From assembly GCF_006345805.1 (NCBI RefSeq), contig NC_043020.1, positions 19,096,001-19,160,000 of the forward strand: a DNA stretch of 64,000 nucleotides, written 5' to 3'. The notes beneath the pieces were generated by a model that saw nothing but the letters and a program-made list of their open reading frames with translations, was not told the DNA's origin and did no database searches. Positions 11,865-24,734 of this stretch are shown piece after piece. The translations under genes and the position numbers were made by a program. This stretch comes from Octopus sinensis (Eukaryota). How positions within the stretch are numbered: the first letter of the stretch is position 1; the number at the start of each line of letters is the position of its first letter.

Positions 11865-12040
11865 TCAGCAAACACCTGGATACACTCACAGAGTGGTTGG
11901 CATTAGGAAGGGCATCTAGCTGTAGAAACACTGCCAAATCAGACTAGAGCCTGGTGCAGCCTTCATGGCTTCCAGACATAGGTCGAACCGTCCAACCCAT
12001 GCTAGCGTGGAAAATGGACGTTAAATGATGATGATGATGA
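11865..12040 (+). mobile_element. Repeat family B copy
   Basis: gagtggttggcattaggaagggcatctagctgtagaa...ggacgttaaatgatgatgatgatg. Confidence 0.85.
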
Positions 12041-12685
12041 TATATACCAGCAAACATACACTAGATGATATTGGGAGTTAGAAGTTAGTAGGCTAATCTT
12101 TGGCTTGCAGATTTTTAATGAAATGGCTGCTGTGTATAGAAATTTGATGTTTTCCTGGAACATTCTGGCTGCCATCTCTGCTTCTTTGATGGTGCCATTG
12201 ATAATGTTCATATGTTTGTATAGAGTGTATATACCCTATATAAAAACATGTATGTTTTTGTGTTTAGAAAACTGTCCCCCACCCCAGCTTCTATTCCTCC
12301 CTCCCATGTCTCCACACCGTGCATTTAAGAAGAGGAATGAAGACAAGATACAAAGTATACATGCTCCTGTAAGCTATATACATAAATGGCTATTCATAAT
12401 TTAACAGTAGTACATGTATGTAGGCACATATATATGTGCGTGTATCTGTGTGTGTATATATGTAGATATATGAATGTGTATATATATATATATATATATA
12501 TATTTATTATTATTATTTAAAAGAAGCAGCAGAGTGACTCAAGGTCCAAGAGTTTCATGTGTTGGTACACCAACACTCAACATTTGAGTCACCCTCTTGC
12601 TTCTGGTAAAAGTGTAGATACTCATATTTTAAGTTCTATTTTTCCTGTTTGCATCATCATACCAGTAGTTATGTGTGTGTGTGTG

Positions 12686-12723
<38 letters not shown>

Positions 12724-12823
12724 TCCACATGCACATGCATACTTGAATTTATTGGTATCTGGTTGCTTTGATAGTGTTAACCAAATTTGTTTAACAATGA
12801 GTGCTTTATAGGTATCTGCCTGG

Positions 12824-12936
12824 ATTTATTAATCACTTTTACTTATATATATATATAGATATTTATTAATCACTTTTACTTATATATATATATATTTATT
12901 AATCACTTTTACTTATATATATATATATATATATAT
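12824..12936 (+). repeat. Tandem repeat, 3 x atttattaatcacttttactt(AT)n
   Basis: Three identical 21-bp cores separated by (AT)n. Confidence 0.9.
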
Positions 12937-12937
12937 A

Positions 12938-13098
12938 GGCACAGGAGTGGCTGTGTGGTAAGTAGCTTGCTTATCAACCACATGTTTCTGGGTCCAGTTC
13001 CACTGTGTGGCACCTTGGGCAAGTGTCTTGTACTATAGCCTCGGGCTGACCAAAGCCTTGTGAGTGGATCTGGGAGACGAAAACTGAAAGAAGCTCAT

Positions 13099-13151
<53 letters not shown>

Positions 13152-13372
13152 GTATATGTTTATGTTTGTGTGTCTGTGTTTGTCCCCCCCCAACATCGCT
13201 TCACAACCGATGCTGGTGTGTTTATGTCCCCATTACCTAGCAGTTTGGCAAGAGAAACCGATAGAATAAGTACTAGGTTTTCAAAGAATAAGTCCTGGAA
13301 TCAGTTTGTTCGACCAAAGGTGGTGCTCCAGCATGGCTGCAGTGAAATGACTGAAACGGGTAAAAAAGAAAA
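12938..13372 (+). mobile_element. SINE family A, near full length
   Basis: ggcacaggagtggctgtgtggtaagtagcttgc head through ggtgctccagcatggctgcagtgaaatgactgaaac tail. Confidence 0.9.
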
Positions 13373-13744
13373 AGAAACAAAGAATATATATATATATATT
13401 ATATATATATATACCCTTTTATTTATTATGATAGATGTATTTATAAAAGATATGAAAAGTTTTTTTTAGAGTGACTCAAATTAATAGGTATGTGTTCTGA
13501 GCACTGAAATAGGTATGGTACTAAAATTCTGGTTTGAACTGCAATTGAAGGTACGATTTACTTTATCCAAAGTGGCTAGATGTGGCTTCCCTTTGAGTCG
13601 GTAGGTGTAGGTTAAAGTAGAAAAGAAAAGGTTAACAGGTTGGTGAGACTTGACAAGGACATTTTAATTTAGCCATATAATTAAAGGTTTAGATAGTGTC
13701 TGGCAAGCTGTTTCTAGGATATCCCAGCTATTGGAACATCATGT

Positions 13745-14323
13745 CGAGCATTCCAGCATATGGAATCTTTGACAGCTGTTTACATTGCAGAGGTAAACTG
13801 CGTTTCATCCATCTTTATGTCCTGAGTTCAAAGTCCACCAAGGTCAGCTTTACTTTTTATCCTTTCAAAGTTTATAAAATAACTATAGCAGTTGAGCATG
13901 GGGGAGAGGCGGTGATGTAATTGACATGATTCCTTCCCCTGAAGTTGCTGGCTTTGTGTCAAACCGATTGTAAGAGGCAGTGAGCTGGTAAAACCATTAT
14001 CATACCAGACAGAATACTGAGTGGTATTTATTCTGGCTTCATGTCCTGAATTTAAATTCTGCTGTGTTCATCTTTGCTTTTTATCCTTTTGGGTTTAATA
14101 TATTAAGTACCAGTGAAACACTGGGGTCAGTGTAATTGATTGATCCCCTCTGCCAAAATCTCTGGTCTTGTGCCAGTAGTAGAAAAGTATTATTATTGAC
14201 TTTGCCTTTCATCTTTTTGAGAGTCAATGAAATAAGTACCAGTTACACATTGGGGTTGGTGAAATTGACTACCCCCACACCTCCCCACAACCTTCCAGGT
14301 CTTGTGCCTTTAGTAGAAAGGAT

Positions 14324-14330
<7 letters not shown>
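13745..14330 (+). mobile_element. SINE family C, cluster of about 3 partial copies
   Basis: Recurrent ctgagttcaaa...ctttttatcctt...taagtaccag...ctggggtc...gact...cccc...cttgtgcc...tagtagaaag. Confidence 0.75.
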
Positions 14331-14370
<40 letters not shown>

Positions 14371-14671
14371 TATGATGTTACAGATCATTATTTCTATTTC
14401 TCATCTCTCAGCACTTTCACAACCTGCCTTCCTCCTTCATCTCTAGCACCACCATCATAACCATCCCCCACCCTGCCCCACCACCCGACCCTCTGCACGC
14501 AATGATTTAATAAGCTGAATGCAATTAATATTCAACCAAGATAAGTTTCCCCTTTTGGCAACAAAAAGTTTTTAACGTTTTCTGCACATCTAGAATGTTC
14601 TACTTTTAGCAAGTGTCTTCTCTCTCTCTCTCTCTCTCTCCATAAATTTTTTTTTTCTATCTCTATACGCA

Positions 14672-14702
<31 letters not shown>

Positions 14703-15050
14703 TCCTTTCTCTGTCTCTTGTCATCTACCGTGTAAGTGGGGGGACACTTGTATATGACACCTCTTCTCTATCTCTCTCTCTCTTTCTCCATCTTTTCCTC
14801 CTCCTTTCCACCCTCTCTTTAGTACAGGTGGGGATCTATGCACTGCACTCACCATCTTTATCCCTCCCCTCATTGTTGCTTTCTGCTTTGTCTCCCACTC
14901 TGGTATAAGGTGGGGGTGATTAGGGCTTGCGTGTATGTCGGAAGGGGGTGGTGGTGTTTGCTGATTCCCTTGATTTTGTGTATGTATTTTATTTGTACCC
15001 TCTACCCACATATGAGTGTATGTGTGCGCGTTTGTGCATGCATGCACGTA

Positions 15051-15099
<49 letters not shown>

Positions 15100-15326
15100 T
15101 GTGTGTGTATATGTGTGCCTGTGTGTAGAAATGTGTGAATGTATATATGTCTGGAGATATATATGTTTAATTATATATGTATGTATATATATGTATATAT
15201 ATATATCCATAGATGCAAGTAACTTTGTGTAAGTATATATGTAAGTATATATATGTTTGTCAGTGTGTGTGTATGTGGTGGGTTTAGATGAGTGTTTGTA
15301 TGTGTGTTGGTGCATGTGTATATAAA

Positions 15327-15361
<35 letters not shown>

Positions 15362-15366
<5 letters not shown>

Positions 15367-15496
15367 TTAGAATGGCCTAAAACAGTCCATTCGTCCACCA
15401 CAAGTGCAGCAGCCAGAACTCAAACCGCCCAGTAGGCGTTTGAGTTCTGGCTGCTCTTTCTGGGGACGAATGGCTGTTTAGCCATTCCTAAATTGT
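15362..15496. repeat. 135-bp imperfect palindrome embedded in (TA)n
   Basis: Left arm acaatttagaatggcc...gcagccagaactcaaaccgcc, 5-nt loop cagta, right arm ggcgtttgagttctggctgc...gccattcctaaattgt. Confidence 0.9.
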
Positions 15497-16378
15497 TATA
15501 TTTATATATATTTAGTCTTTGACTATTTTCTCTTTCCACTAGGCACCGCTGGTAGCGATAAATTTTTACTGAATTTTTTGCTACCTAAATTGATTAATAT
15601 ATATATAGATATATATATATATCTATATATATATATATATATACATACACATGCACACGTGCGCACAAACATGCATCACACACTTCCCCATGATCTACAA
15701 GTGCAATTAAACATATACAATTACTCTAAAATAAATTTTTCAAAATTTGGTTTCTAATCCCCAACTGCTACCTACCTCCCCCCTCATCCTGCCCTGTCCA
15801 TAGTCATCATTCTAAACTACAGATCCACACTCCTTTATGAAAGTTTCACATCTTCATCTTCAAATACTGTCCCCCACCCCTTATATTCTTTTTCCTGATA
15901 ATTTCTCCCTTGATGCTATCTTGTCGTCACCCCACTTTCTTTGCATATTTACATGTGCAAAGAAAGAAAAGGAGAAAGAAGGAATGTATAGATGTGTGTA
16001 GTGTGTGTGTGTGTGTCTACACGTGTACATATACATATACACTTATACATGTTTATATATTTCTACATATACCAATATATTTTACATATTTTCTTAGGTG
16101 TATAACTTTATGTGAGTTTTTCTTCATGCATGGGTTTGTATATATATATATATATATATATATTACAGACATACATTGAGGAAATAAGGGACAGGGAGAA
16201 AGAGAGAGATAAATATGTGCACATACCCTCGCATATCCATGTAGCTAGGTTGTAAAGCATAAGTTCCGAGCTAAACAAGTTGTTTAACTTCAGAATACAA
16301 TGTGTACTTAAAACATGTACATACATAAATTCACTGTATGTGTGTGATAGTGAGTTTACATACCACCACCACCACCCC

Positions 16379-16410
<32 letters not shown>

Positions 16411-16592
16411 TGAGCAACTAATCTTACTCTGACAACTCCATGTGACCCACTTGACCAATAGCAATATTTTCCTCCTTTTGGCAAAATTAAGGCAGAAAGA
16501 TAGAGAATTCTGTTAGAGGCCTGTGAAACTTAAGGCCACATGGAGCTGAATTGAACTGTTTTAATTAATATATATATATATATATATGCCGT

Positions 16593-16882
16593 AGGTGCAG
16601 GAATGGCTGTGCGGTAAGTTGCTTGCTTCCCAACCATATGGTTCTGGGTTCAGTCCCACTGCATGGCAACTTGGGCAAGTGTCTTCTACTTTAGCCTCAG
16701 TCCGACCAAAACCTTGTGAGTGGTTTTGGTAGATGGAAGCCCATCATATATATATATGTTTGTGTGTCTGTTTATGTCCCCATTACTTAGTGGTTCATCA
16801 AAAGAGACCAATAGAATAAGTACTGGGCTTACAAAGAATAAGTCCTGAGGCTGATTTGTTTGACTAAAGGCAGTGCTTCAGC
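16593..16882 (+). mobile_element. SINE family A copy
   Basis: aggtgcaggaatggctgtgcggtaag...gagaccaatagaataagtactgggcttac...gactaaaggcagtgct. Confidence 0.88.
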
Positions 16883-16906
16883 AAGTCTGCAGTCAAAAGG
16901 AATATA

Positions 16907-16942
<36 letters not shown>

Positions 16943-17325
16943 CATATATATATACATGTTCTTCCTTATTCTGACCCACTTTCACTGTACCTGTACCGCC
17001 CTGGCCCCTATCTCAGGCCACTTCCTTTATATGCCTTCTAGACTTCACATTCTCCCATCATAACAGCTTCTAATTCCTTGGCAACTTCTGTCCCATCCTG
17101 CACTGCACCTAGTTCCGCCTTTGCATCATTTCTTTTCACTCCACACCATCCCCATGCACCCACCCTCCCACTACCGCATCGTTTACGATACCTGCATCCC
17201 ATTAGGAATCAGTGCACCTGGTGTACGTTAATTAACAGTTTCTCTCTGGGTTATATGATTGCTGCACTGAATGTCAGCTCATGATGATGTAACATTGTGC
17301 CTCCGGTAAAAGAACGATTATAAAT

Positions 17326-17397
<72 letters not shown>

Positions 17398-17472
17398 ATA
17401 TATGTGGTGTGTGTTATGTATATATACTGTGAAAGAACCATTTTATAGACACATGTTGTACACATCTATCTA

Positions 17473-17536
<64 letters not shown>

Positions 17537-17939
17537 TCTATGTAAATTTTTGAAATTATATGTATTGGTTTTTGGAGTATCTTATGCAAATATGAATAGG
17601 TGTGTATACTATCAGTAAGTAGTTATATGTGTGTTTGTGTGTGTGTGTTTATTTAGATGTATATAAAGTTGTTTAATACATGTGTATGTTTGTGAGAGAG
17701 AGGGAGAGAGAATGGGTGTGTATGTATAAATTGTATTCACTACATATCTGTAACTCGCATTTGTATGTGTCTGTGTACATTTACATGTATATATGTACAT
17801 ATATTTATGTATGTAGATGCATCTATATGCACACACACACACATTAAATATATTCCTATATCTATGTTGAAGTCTACTTTTACATGTGTTGTTAAATTAT
17901 ATATACGTACGTATGTATGTATGTATGTATGTATGTATA

Positions 17940-18110
17940 CATATCATTATTTAACGCCTGTTGTCCATGATGGCATGGGTTGGAAAGTTTGGCTGGGCTG
18001 GCATGCTGGAAGGCTGCAACAGACTCCAGTCTGATTTGGAATGGTTACTACAGCTGGATGCCCTTCCTAACACCAATCACTCTGAGAGTTTGGCTGCTTT
18101 TACGTATAAT
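17940..18110 (-). mobile_element. Repeat family B copy
   Basis: tttaacgcctgttgtccatgatggcatgggttgg...cagctggatgcccttcctaacaccaatcactc. Confidence 0.8.
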
Positions 18111-18138
18111 CAAATACACACATATGTATATATGTATA

Positions 18139-18190
<52 letters not shown>

Positions 18191-18194
<4 letters not shown>

Positions 18195-18372
18195 ATTCAA
18201 ACATGAAAACACAACGCGAGGATGAGGAACAAGTATAGTGTTATTGGACGCTCAGGAAAGAAGGAAAGAAGGAGGGTTTAACATTTTGAGCGGAGCTCTT
18301 CATCAGAAACATTAGGAAAAGGAAAGATCCAAAGAAGGGAAGCTGGAGGGAAAAAAATTGCCAACAGTACAC
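18191..18372 (-). mobile_element. Short hammerhead-bearing (PLE pLTR/retrozyme-like) repeat, family 1
   Basis: Homologous to 19250-19405; contains the hammerhead motif at 18276-18310; 3' end abuts (TA)n. Confidence 0.7.
18276..18310 (-). ncRNA. Minimal type-I hammerhead ribozyme motif (mutated: G12A, stem III C>T)
   Basis: Minus strand GTTT-CTGATGA-A-GAGC-TCC-GCTC-AAAA-TGTT-AAAC: stem I GTTT/AAAC, stem II GAGC/GCTC, inferred ancestral GAAACGTT palindromic stem III. Confidence 0.75.
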
Positions 18373-18599
18373 ACCATATATATATGTGTGTGTGTGTGTG
18401 TGTATGTATATATATACGCATATATATATATATATAATATATATATATATATATACGCATATATGTATATATATACGCATATATGTATATAGGTGTATCA
18501 TCATCATGTAGTGTCTGCTTTCTTTGCTGGCATGGGTTAGAAGGTTTAACTGTAACTACTAAGCTGGAGGGCTACACCAGGTACCAATCTGATTTAGCA

Positions 18600-18604
18600 T
18601 GGTT

Positions 18605-18635
<31 letters not shown>

Positions 18636-19171
18636 ATGTATATGTGTGTGTGTGTATGTATATATGTGTGTGTGTGTATGTATATATGTGTGTGTGTATG
18701 TATATATGTGTGTGTGTATGTATGTATATATGTGTGTGTGTATATATGTGTGTTGTGTATGTATATATGTGTGTGTGTGTATATATATATATGCTTGTAT
18801 ATATATATATGTATATATATGTGTGTGCGTGTATGTATGTATATATGTGTGTGTGTGTATGTATATATGTGTGTGTGTGTATGTATATATGTGTGTGTGT
18901 ATGTATATATGTGTGTGTATGTATATATGTGTGTGTGTGTGTATGTATATATGTGTGTGTGTATGTATATATGTGTGTGTGTATGTATATATCTGTGTGT
19001 GTATGTATATATGTGTGTGTGTGTATGTATATATGTGTGTGTGTATGTATATATATGTGTGTGTGTATATGTGTGTGTATGTATATATATATGTGTGTGT
19101 ATGTATATATATGTGTGTGTATGTATATATATATGTGTGTATGTGTGTAAATATATATATATATATGCTTG

Positions 19172-19240
<69 letters not shown>
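18600..19240. repeat. Compound minisatellite, ~20-bp unit (GT)4-6ATGT(AT)3-4
   Basis: Direct inspection; source of six overlapping ~180-250 aa artefact ORFs. Confidence 0.95.
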
Positions 19241-19243
<3 letters not shown>

Positions 19244-19249
19244 ATCCCC

Positions 19250-19405
19250 CAAAAAAAAGAATAAAAAAACACAAGAAAAAGCAATGCGAGGACGTGGTAC
19301 ATGCAGAGTATTAAAAGACGCTCAGGGAAGGAAAGAAAGCATGTTTCATGTTTTGAGTGAAACTCTTCGTCAGAAACAGGAGACAGAGTAAAAAAAATTT
19401 GCCAG
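19250..19405 (-). mobile_element. Hammerhead-bearing repeat family 1, second copy
   Basis: Shares gcgagga...gacgctcagg...cagaaaca with 18191-18372; 3' end lies next to (TA)n. Confidence 0.7.
19343..19377 (-). ncRNA. Minimal hammerhead ribozyme motif (mutated)
   Basis: Minus strand GTTT-CTGACGA-A-GAGT-TTC-ACTC-AAAA-CATG-AAAC; stems I and II intact, G12A. Confidence 0.7.
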
Positions 19406-20287
19406 CATTTATTCTTTGACTTGTTTCAGTTATTTGACTGTGGCCATGCTGGAGCACTGCTTTTAGTTGAACAAACCGACCTGAGGACTTAGTCTTTGTA
19501 ATTTGTTGTCATCCCATTCAGGGAGCAGTACAATTTTTTTTCTATCCAGCCTCCTTCTTTCTTTCTCTCTCACTTTCTGTTGTCTGCTTTTGAGCATCAC
19601 CATCACCAGTATCACTACCATCATCATCGCAACTGCCATATACACACTATTCAGACTTCTGACGCCACCACCATTGATACCTTTGACTTCACTGCCTTTC
19701 CCTCCACCACCATCATTGCTGTCTTTCATATTGCTTACTATCCCTGATTGCCTTGGCTACCACCACCACCACCATCATCACTGTTGCCTCTGCCTCTATC
19801 ACAACTACAGCTCATACTATTACTATCACCTATTACCATCACAGCTGTCAATCTCCTACCGTCCTCACAGTCACTATGCCTACTATTGTTCTCACCTGAA
19901 CATAAGGAATAGTAGAAGTGTCATTGAATAGTGAGAGAGGGGAGGTGTCAAAGTGTGACACACTGACACAGAAATTCATTTTGGCATTTATTATTATAGA
20001 TTTAACACAGTATGCATTATTTTCTAAACTCATTCTGCCTCAGTTATGACAAAAGAAACAATGTAAATATTTTGAGTTCCATTATTGATGTGAATATCTT
20101 AAGGAAATGCTTGTATCCTTTATGTTTGAAGTCTATGCGGTCATCTGACGAGAACGATTTCTTTCAAATGATGTTACCTTTTCATTAATCAATTAATGGA
20201 GTCACTTGAAAGAGCCATAATGAATTGACACCTGTATACCTTTATTACTCATATATATATACATACACACACACATATATATTTCAT

Positions 20288-20625
20288 CATCATCATCATC
20301 ATCGTTTAATGTCCGCTTTCCATGCTAGCATGGGTTGGACGATTTTGACTGAGGGCTGGCGAACAAGATGGTTTCACCAGGCTCCAATCTTGATTTCGCA
20401 GAGTTTCTACAGCTGGATGCCTTTCCTAACGCCAACCACTCCGAGAGTGTAGTGGGTGCTTTTTATGTGCCAGTCAGGCAGTACTGGTAACGACCTCGCT
20501 CGAATCCTTTTACACATGCCACCAGCACAGGTGCCAGTAAGGCACTTTGGTAACGATCACGCTTGAATGGTGTCCTTTTACATGCCACTGGCACGGAAGC
20601 CAGTTGGCTGCTCTGGCAAAGTGTA
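20288..20625 (-). mobile_element. Repeat family B, long copy
   Basis: catcatcatcgtttaatgtccgctttccatgctagcatgggttggacg...ggatgcctttcctaacgccaaccactccgagagtgtagtgggtgc. Confidence 0.88.
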
Positions 20626-20698
20626 ATATGTGACAATCATTCGGCAGTCATGACAAAACTCCGAGTTATATATATATATATATATACACACACACATA

Positions 20699-21918
20699 CA
20701 GGGTGCCTAAGGTATTTGAGGATATACCTTTTTTTGGGGTCATTGCTGCATTTTTTGCTAACTCTGTATAATCTTTGTTTCAGAAAATAATAATAGCAGA
20801 CTCTCAGTTTACTCAAGAAATAAAGAGGCATGCTGTTATTGTGGTTATAATGGCTGAGCATATCTCGATTTTTAAAAATTGCCATATCTTTCATCTATAA
20901 AGTTTGTAAGGAGCTAGAGACTGAAGATGGAAATTTATCACCAGTATCAAAGCATAATAAGCTTGGCAAACGCTCTGAAATCATCAGAACACCTGAATTT
21001 ATCCAGCAAGTTCAACAGACCATTCATTACAATCCCAGAAAGTCTATGAGATCAATTGCAAAAAATCTCCATGTGTCAGAAGGAGCAGTCAGAAATGTTG
21101 TCCATGAAAACATCAGATATAAGTCTTATATGTCAGAAAAACAAAAGAAAATCACTTCATGAGATCTAAAAGGCTCATAAGCAAACTGAATAATTCAGCA
21201 GAAGATTTGATTTGGTTTTTCTCAAACAAGAGAAACTTCAACCAAGATCTGAAAGTTAACAGAAGATGGTTATGTGCAGAGCCTTCCGAAGTTCCGAGTG
21301 TTATGCATTGACAATTTCCTGCAACTGTCATGGTTTTAGGGGTTGCCTGCTATGAAGGACATGTGATGTCTCCTTACTTCTTTCCACAAGGCCTTAGACT
21401 TAACTCTGCCACCTACGTTGAGATCCTGGAAATAATTGTTAAGCCCTGGATAGACAGTGTATGCAATGGAAGGCCATATGTGTTTCAGTAAGACTCTGCA
21501 CTATTACACATGGCTCTAATAACACAGGAATGGATGGCTGAAAATTTTCATGATCACATAACCCCAAACATTTTGCCTCCTAGTTGCCCAGATCTCAATC
21601 CATTGGAGTATTACATGTGGAGCGTTGTTGAGAGAGAGAGGTCAATGAACATGCCCATAACATCAAAGATGTTCTTAAAGCTGCCATGGTCAGAGTATTG
21701 TCCAAAATGAATCAGGACCACTTGATTCGAGCATTTAGAGGATTTAGATCACATACAGAAGCTGTCGTTGAAGCTGAAGGTGGTGTTATTTAATAACATA
21801 GAAAAGAAGGTTTATTTTTATCCTAATAGTATTATTTGATAAATAAAGGTATTATCTGTTATTATAGATCTGTTTTTTTATAAGCATAAATCTGTCTTGA
21901 AATATCTTACACACCCTG
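20699..21918 (+). mobile_element. maT (DD37D-type) Tc1/mariner-superfamily element with decayed transposase
   Basis: TIRs CAGGGTGCCTAAGGTATTTGAGGA / TCTTGAAATATCTTACACACCCTG, TA at left; RTPEFIQQVQ...NPRKSMRSIAKNLHVSEGAVRNVV...WFFS(D)...VMVLGV...YVFQ*DSA...PPSCPDLNPLEYYMW; 37 residues between the second and third acidic residues; many stops and frameshifts. Confidence 0.9.
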
Positions 21919-21950
21919 TGTATGTCTATATCTATCTATCTATATAAATG

Positions 21951-21983
<33 letters not shown>

Positions 21984-22046
21984 ATATATATATATATATA
22001 TACATATAAATATATACACCTACAGATATATATATATATATATATA

Positions 22047-22422
22047 TTCTTTTATTCTTTTTCTTTTACTTGTTTCATTCAGTTGACTGCGGCCATGCTG
22101 GAGCACTGCCTTTTAGTCAAAGAAATCAAACCACGGACTTATTCTTTGTTAGCCTGGTGCAGGGACATAAGCACACCTACATTGGTTGTCAAGTGATGGT
22201 GGTGGTAGTGGTGGGTGTCTAACACACACACACACATATAAATATATACATATATATATATATACACGCAATGGCCTTGTTTCAGTTTCTGTCTGCCAAA
22301 TCCATTCACAAGGCCTTGGTTGATCTAAGGCTAAAGTAGATGACACTTGCCCAAAGTGCCATGCAGTAGGACTGAGCCTGGAACCATGTGGTTGGGAAGC
22401 AAGTTTCTTACCACACAGCCAT
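22047..22422 (-). mobile_element. SINE family A copy
   Basis: ttttacttgtttcattc...gcggccatgctggagcac ... gacacttgcccaaagtgcc...cttaccacacagcca. Confidence 0.88.
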
Positions 22423-22982
22423 ACATATATATTTCATTTAAATTTATAAATATGTTTATTTATAAATACATACTGATATATACACTATATGTGTGTGTGT
22501 GTGTGTGTATGTGGTTTCTGGCCTAATATACTGTTATTATATATGTGTCAAGTGCTGTGAGTGTTTGTGTGTGTGTGTTTGTTTCTGTGTCAGTGAGTAC
22601 ACTCAGTGCAGATGCCATGTTCTCTATGTATATATATATGTCAGTAATGCGTTGTACTTATAAAGCTTCTGCACACACACACACACCCATAGAAACAATA
22701 ACACACATGCAATACACATCCATACACTCACACACACAAACACAAAACGGTATTTCTGAATATTGGTAAATATTTGCAGGATTCAAAGAGGCAATGCAGC
22801 CTGACAGTTTTCTGACTTGCCAGAGCCTGTCAAACTCTTCGACCCATGTTAGCATAGAAAACGGTCGTTAAATGATGATGGTGATGAGTGTATATATAAG
22901 TTGACATGTATGTATACATGTGATGTATTTGTGTATATTTGGGTGTGTATCTATTTGTAGTTATATATAATGTTTGTATGTA

Positions 22983-23018
<36 letters not shown>

Positions 23019-23021
<3 letters not shown>

Positions 23022-23391
23022 TATATAAAATCCATTCTGTCTGTCGGTATGTTTCTGTGGCTTCTAGGATCTCGGGCATCCCCCATCGGATCGCACTCAA
23101 ATTTGATATGTAGATACCGATGGTATCAGGGCGTGTATAAGTTTTGATAAAATTACAAAAATCGATTCCAGGTGAGAATGCGATCGAATAAGCCATGAGA
23201 AATCATTTTTCTTTGGAATAGAAAAAAAAGTCTATGTTTATTTCTTCTTTTGCTGGTGTCTCAAATTTAGGTTGAATCAGTGTTTCCCAAAGGGGAGGCC
23301 TATGGGACGGTCGGACAAGTTGTTTTGAGAAAATTTGGTTTAAATATTTGACAATTCAGCACCGTCCATTGGACGGAGTGCGTTTTGCTCG
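23019..23391 (+). mobile_element. Non-autonomous Helitron (373 bp)
   Basis: A|TCTTATATAAAATCCATTCTGTCTGTC 5' end; 3' hairpin GCACCGTCCATTGGACGGAGTGC (23359-23381) then CTCG|T; inserted between A and T in (TA)n, no TSD. Confidence 0.75.
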
Positions 23392-23399
23392 TATATATA

Positions 23400-23439
<40 letters not shown>

Positions 23440-23694
23440 TATGAATTTGTGTTGGAATTTTCTGATGTGAAACTGTGTTGAAACAGATATTGTTGTTTTT
23501 CGGGATGGTCATTGTTTTCACACTCTTTTTTTGTTTTTGCCATATAAACACATGCACTATATATTTGTTCTTCACTCATCTATTACTGTTCTTAACTCTT
23601 GTCTATTGTCTGGGAATCTTTTCTCACACGTCTGTGACCTCTTCGGTGACACTTTCCGTTCTCATGTGTGCTCTTGCTCTGCTGTGTGCATCTA

Positions 23695-23860
23695 TATATG
23701 CATTGGTGTTGGGAAAGGTATCCAGCTGTAAAAACCCTGCCAAAACGGACAGTAAAGCTTGGTGCAGTCCTAAGACTTGACAGCTCCTGTCAAAACCATC
23801 CCACCCATGCCAGCATGGAAGGCAGATGTTAAATGATGATGATGATGATGATGATGATAT
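23695..23860 (+). mobile_element. Repeat family B 3' part
   Basis: ggtgttgggaaaggtatccagctgtaaaaacc...cccatgccagcatggaaggcagatgttaaa(tga)n. Confidence 0.8.
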
Positions 23861-24409
23861 ATTTATATATGTGTGTGTGTAGGTGTGGTAATATCTATGT
23901 ATTTAAATTCTATTGATGTCAATCCTGTTTCTATGAAAGCTTCCCGTTTCTGTCTTGTGATGGTGAGGTGGTGCAGTTGTAGTGGGGGTGATGGTGGTGT
24001 GTGATGACAGCATTAATTATAGAATATGTTCTGTTAAGAGTTTAATCCAGTGGTGCTATCACAAAATTTATAATCCACTGTTATCTGCTGCATAATACCA
24101 AATGACTGTACCATTGTTGGTGCATTCTACTGATATGCAGCAGTATCACCATCAACACCATCACCACCATCAGTACCACTACCACCATTAGATGAACTAT
24201 AACAGTGTTTAGACAAAGAACACTAACAGTACAATGTTATCATGGACATCTTAGCAGTGTACATATGTTCATACACACACACATATGCTCTAATATGCAC
24301 ACATACATACATACATACATACATACATATGCACACACATGCACAAGTTTAGGCATTCAGGATCATTACCAAGTCCCTTTATTATCAATATAAAATTTAT
24401 ATAAACATA

Positions 24410-24610
24410 CATATCATCAATGTCAGTATCATCACTTAACCCCTCTCTTCCATACTGACATAAGTTGGTTGTTCTGACAGGGTCACATGGGTCCAAGGAC
24501 CACATTGTGCTCCAGAATCTTTGGCTCGATTTCTACAGCTGGATGCCCTTCCTGACTCCAATCACTTTACAATATGTACTGGGTGCCTTTTTTCATGTTA
24601 CTAGACTATT
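24410..24610 (-). mobile_element. Repeat family B copy, degraded
   Basis: ctacagctggatgcccttcctgactccaatcac...gggtgcc. Confidence 0.7.
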
Positions 24611-24734
24611 GAGGTTGCTGTTCTGCACACAAAGCTACAGAACCTGTGGGGATATGTACAGAGATGAGGGGTTAAAATATGAAAGAAAGTGGAGAGAGGG
24701 ACAAACAGGTTTTTGTTGAGAAGTTTCTTGGTTG

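Noticed and set aside
15449-15496. CTGGGGA-C-GAATGGCT/AGCCATTC-C-TAAA as a hammerhead
   Set aside because: Needs at least three core changes, and there is no stem I partner or palindromic stem III.
18483-19314. Six overlapping 180-250 aa ORFs (and similar ones at 31922-32847 and 47068-47670)
   Set aside because: They are translations of (GT)n(AT)n arrays that lack stop codons; no protein-like content.
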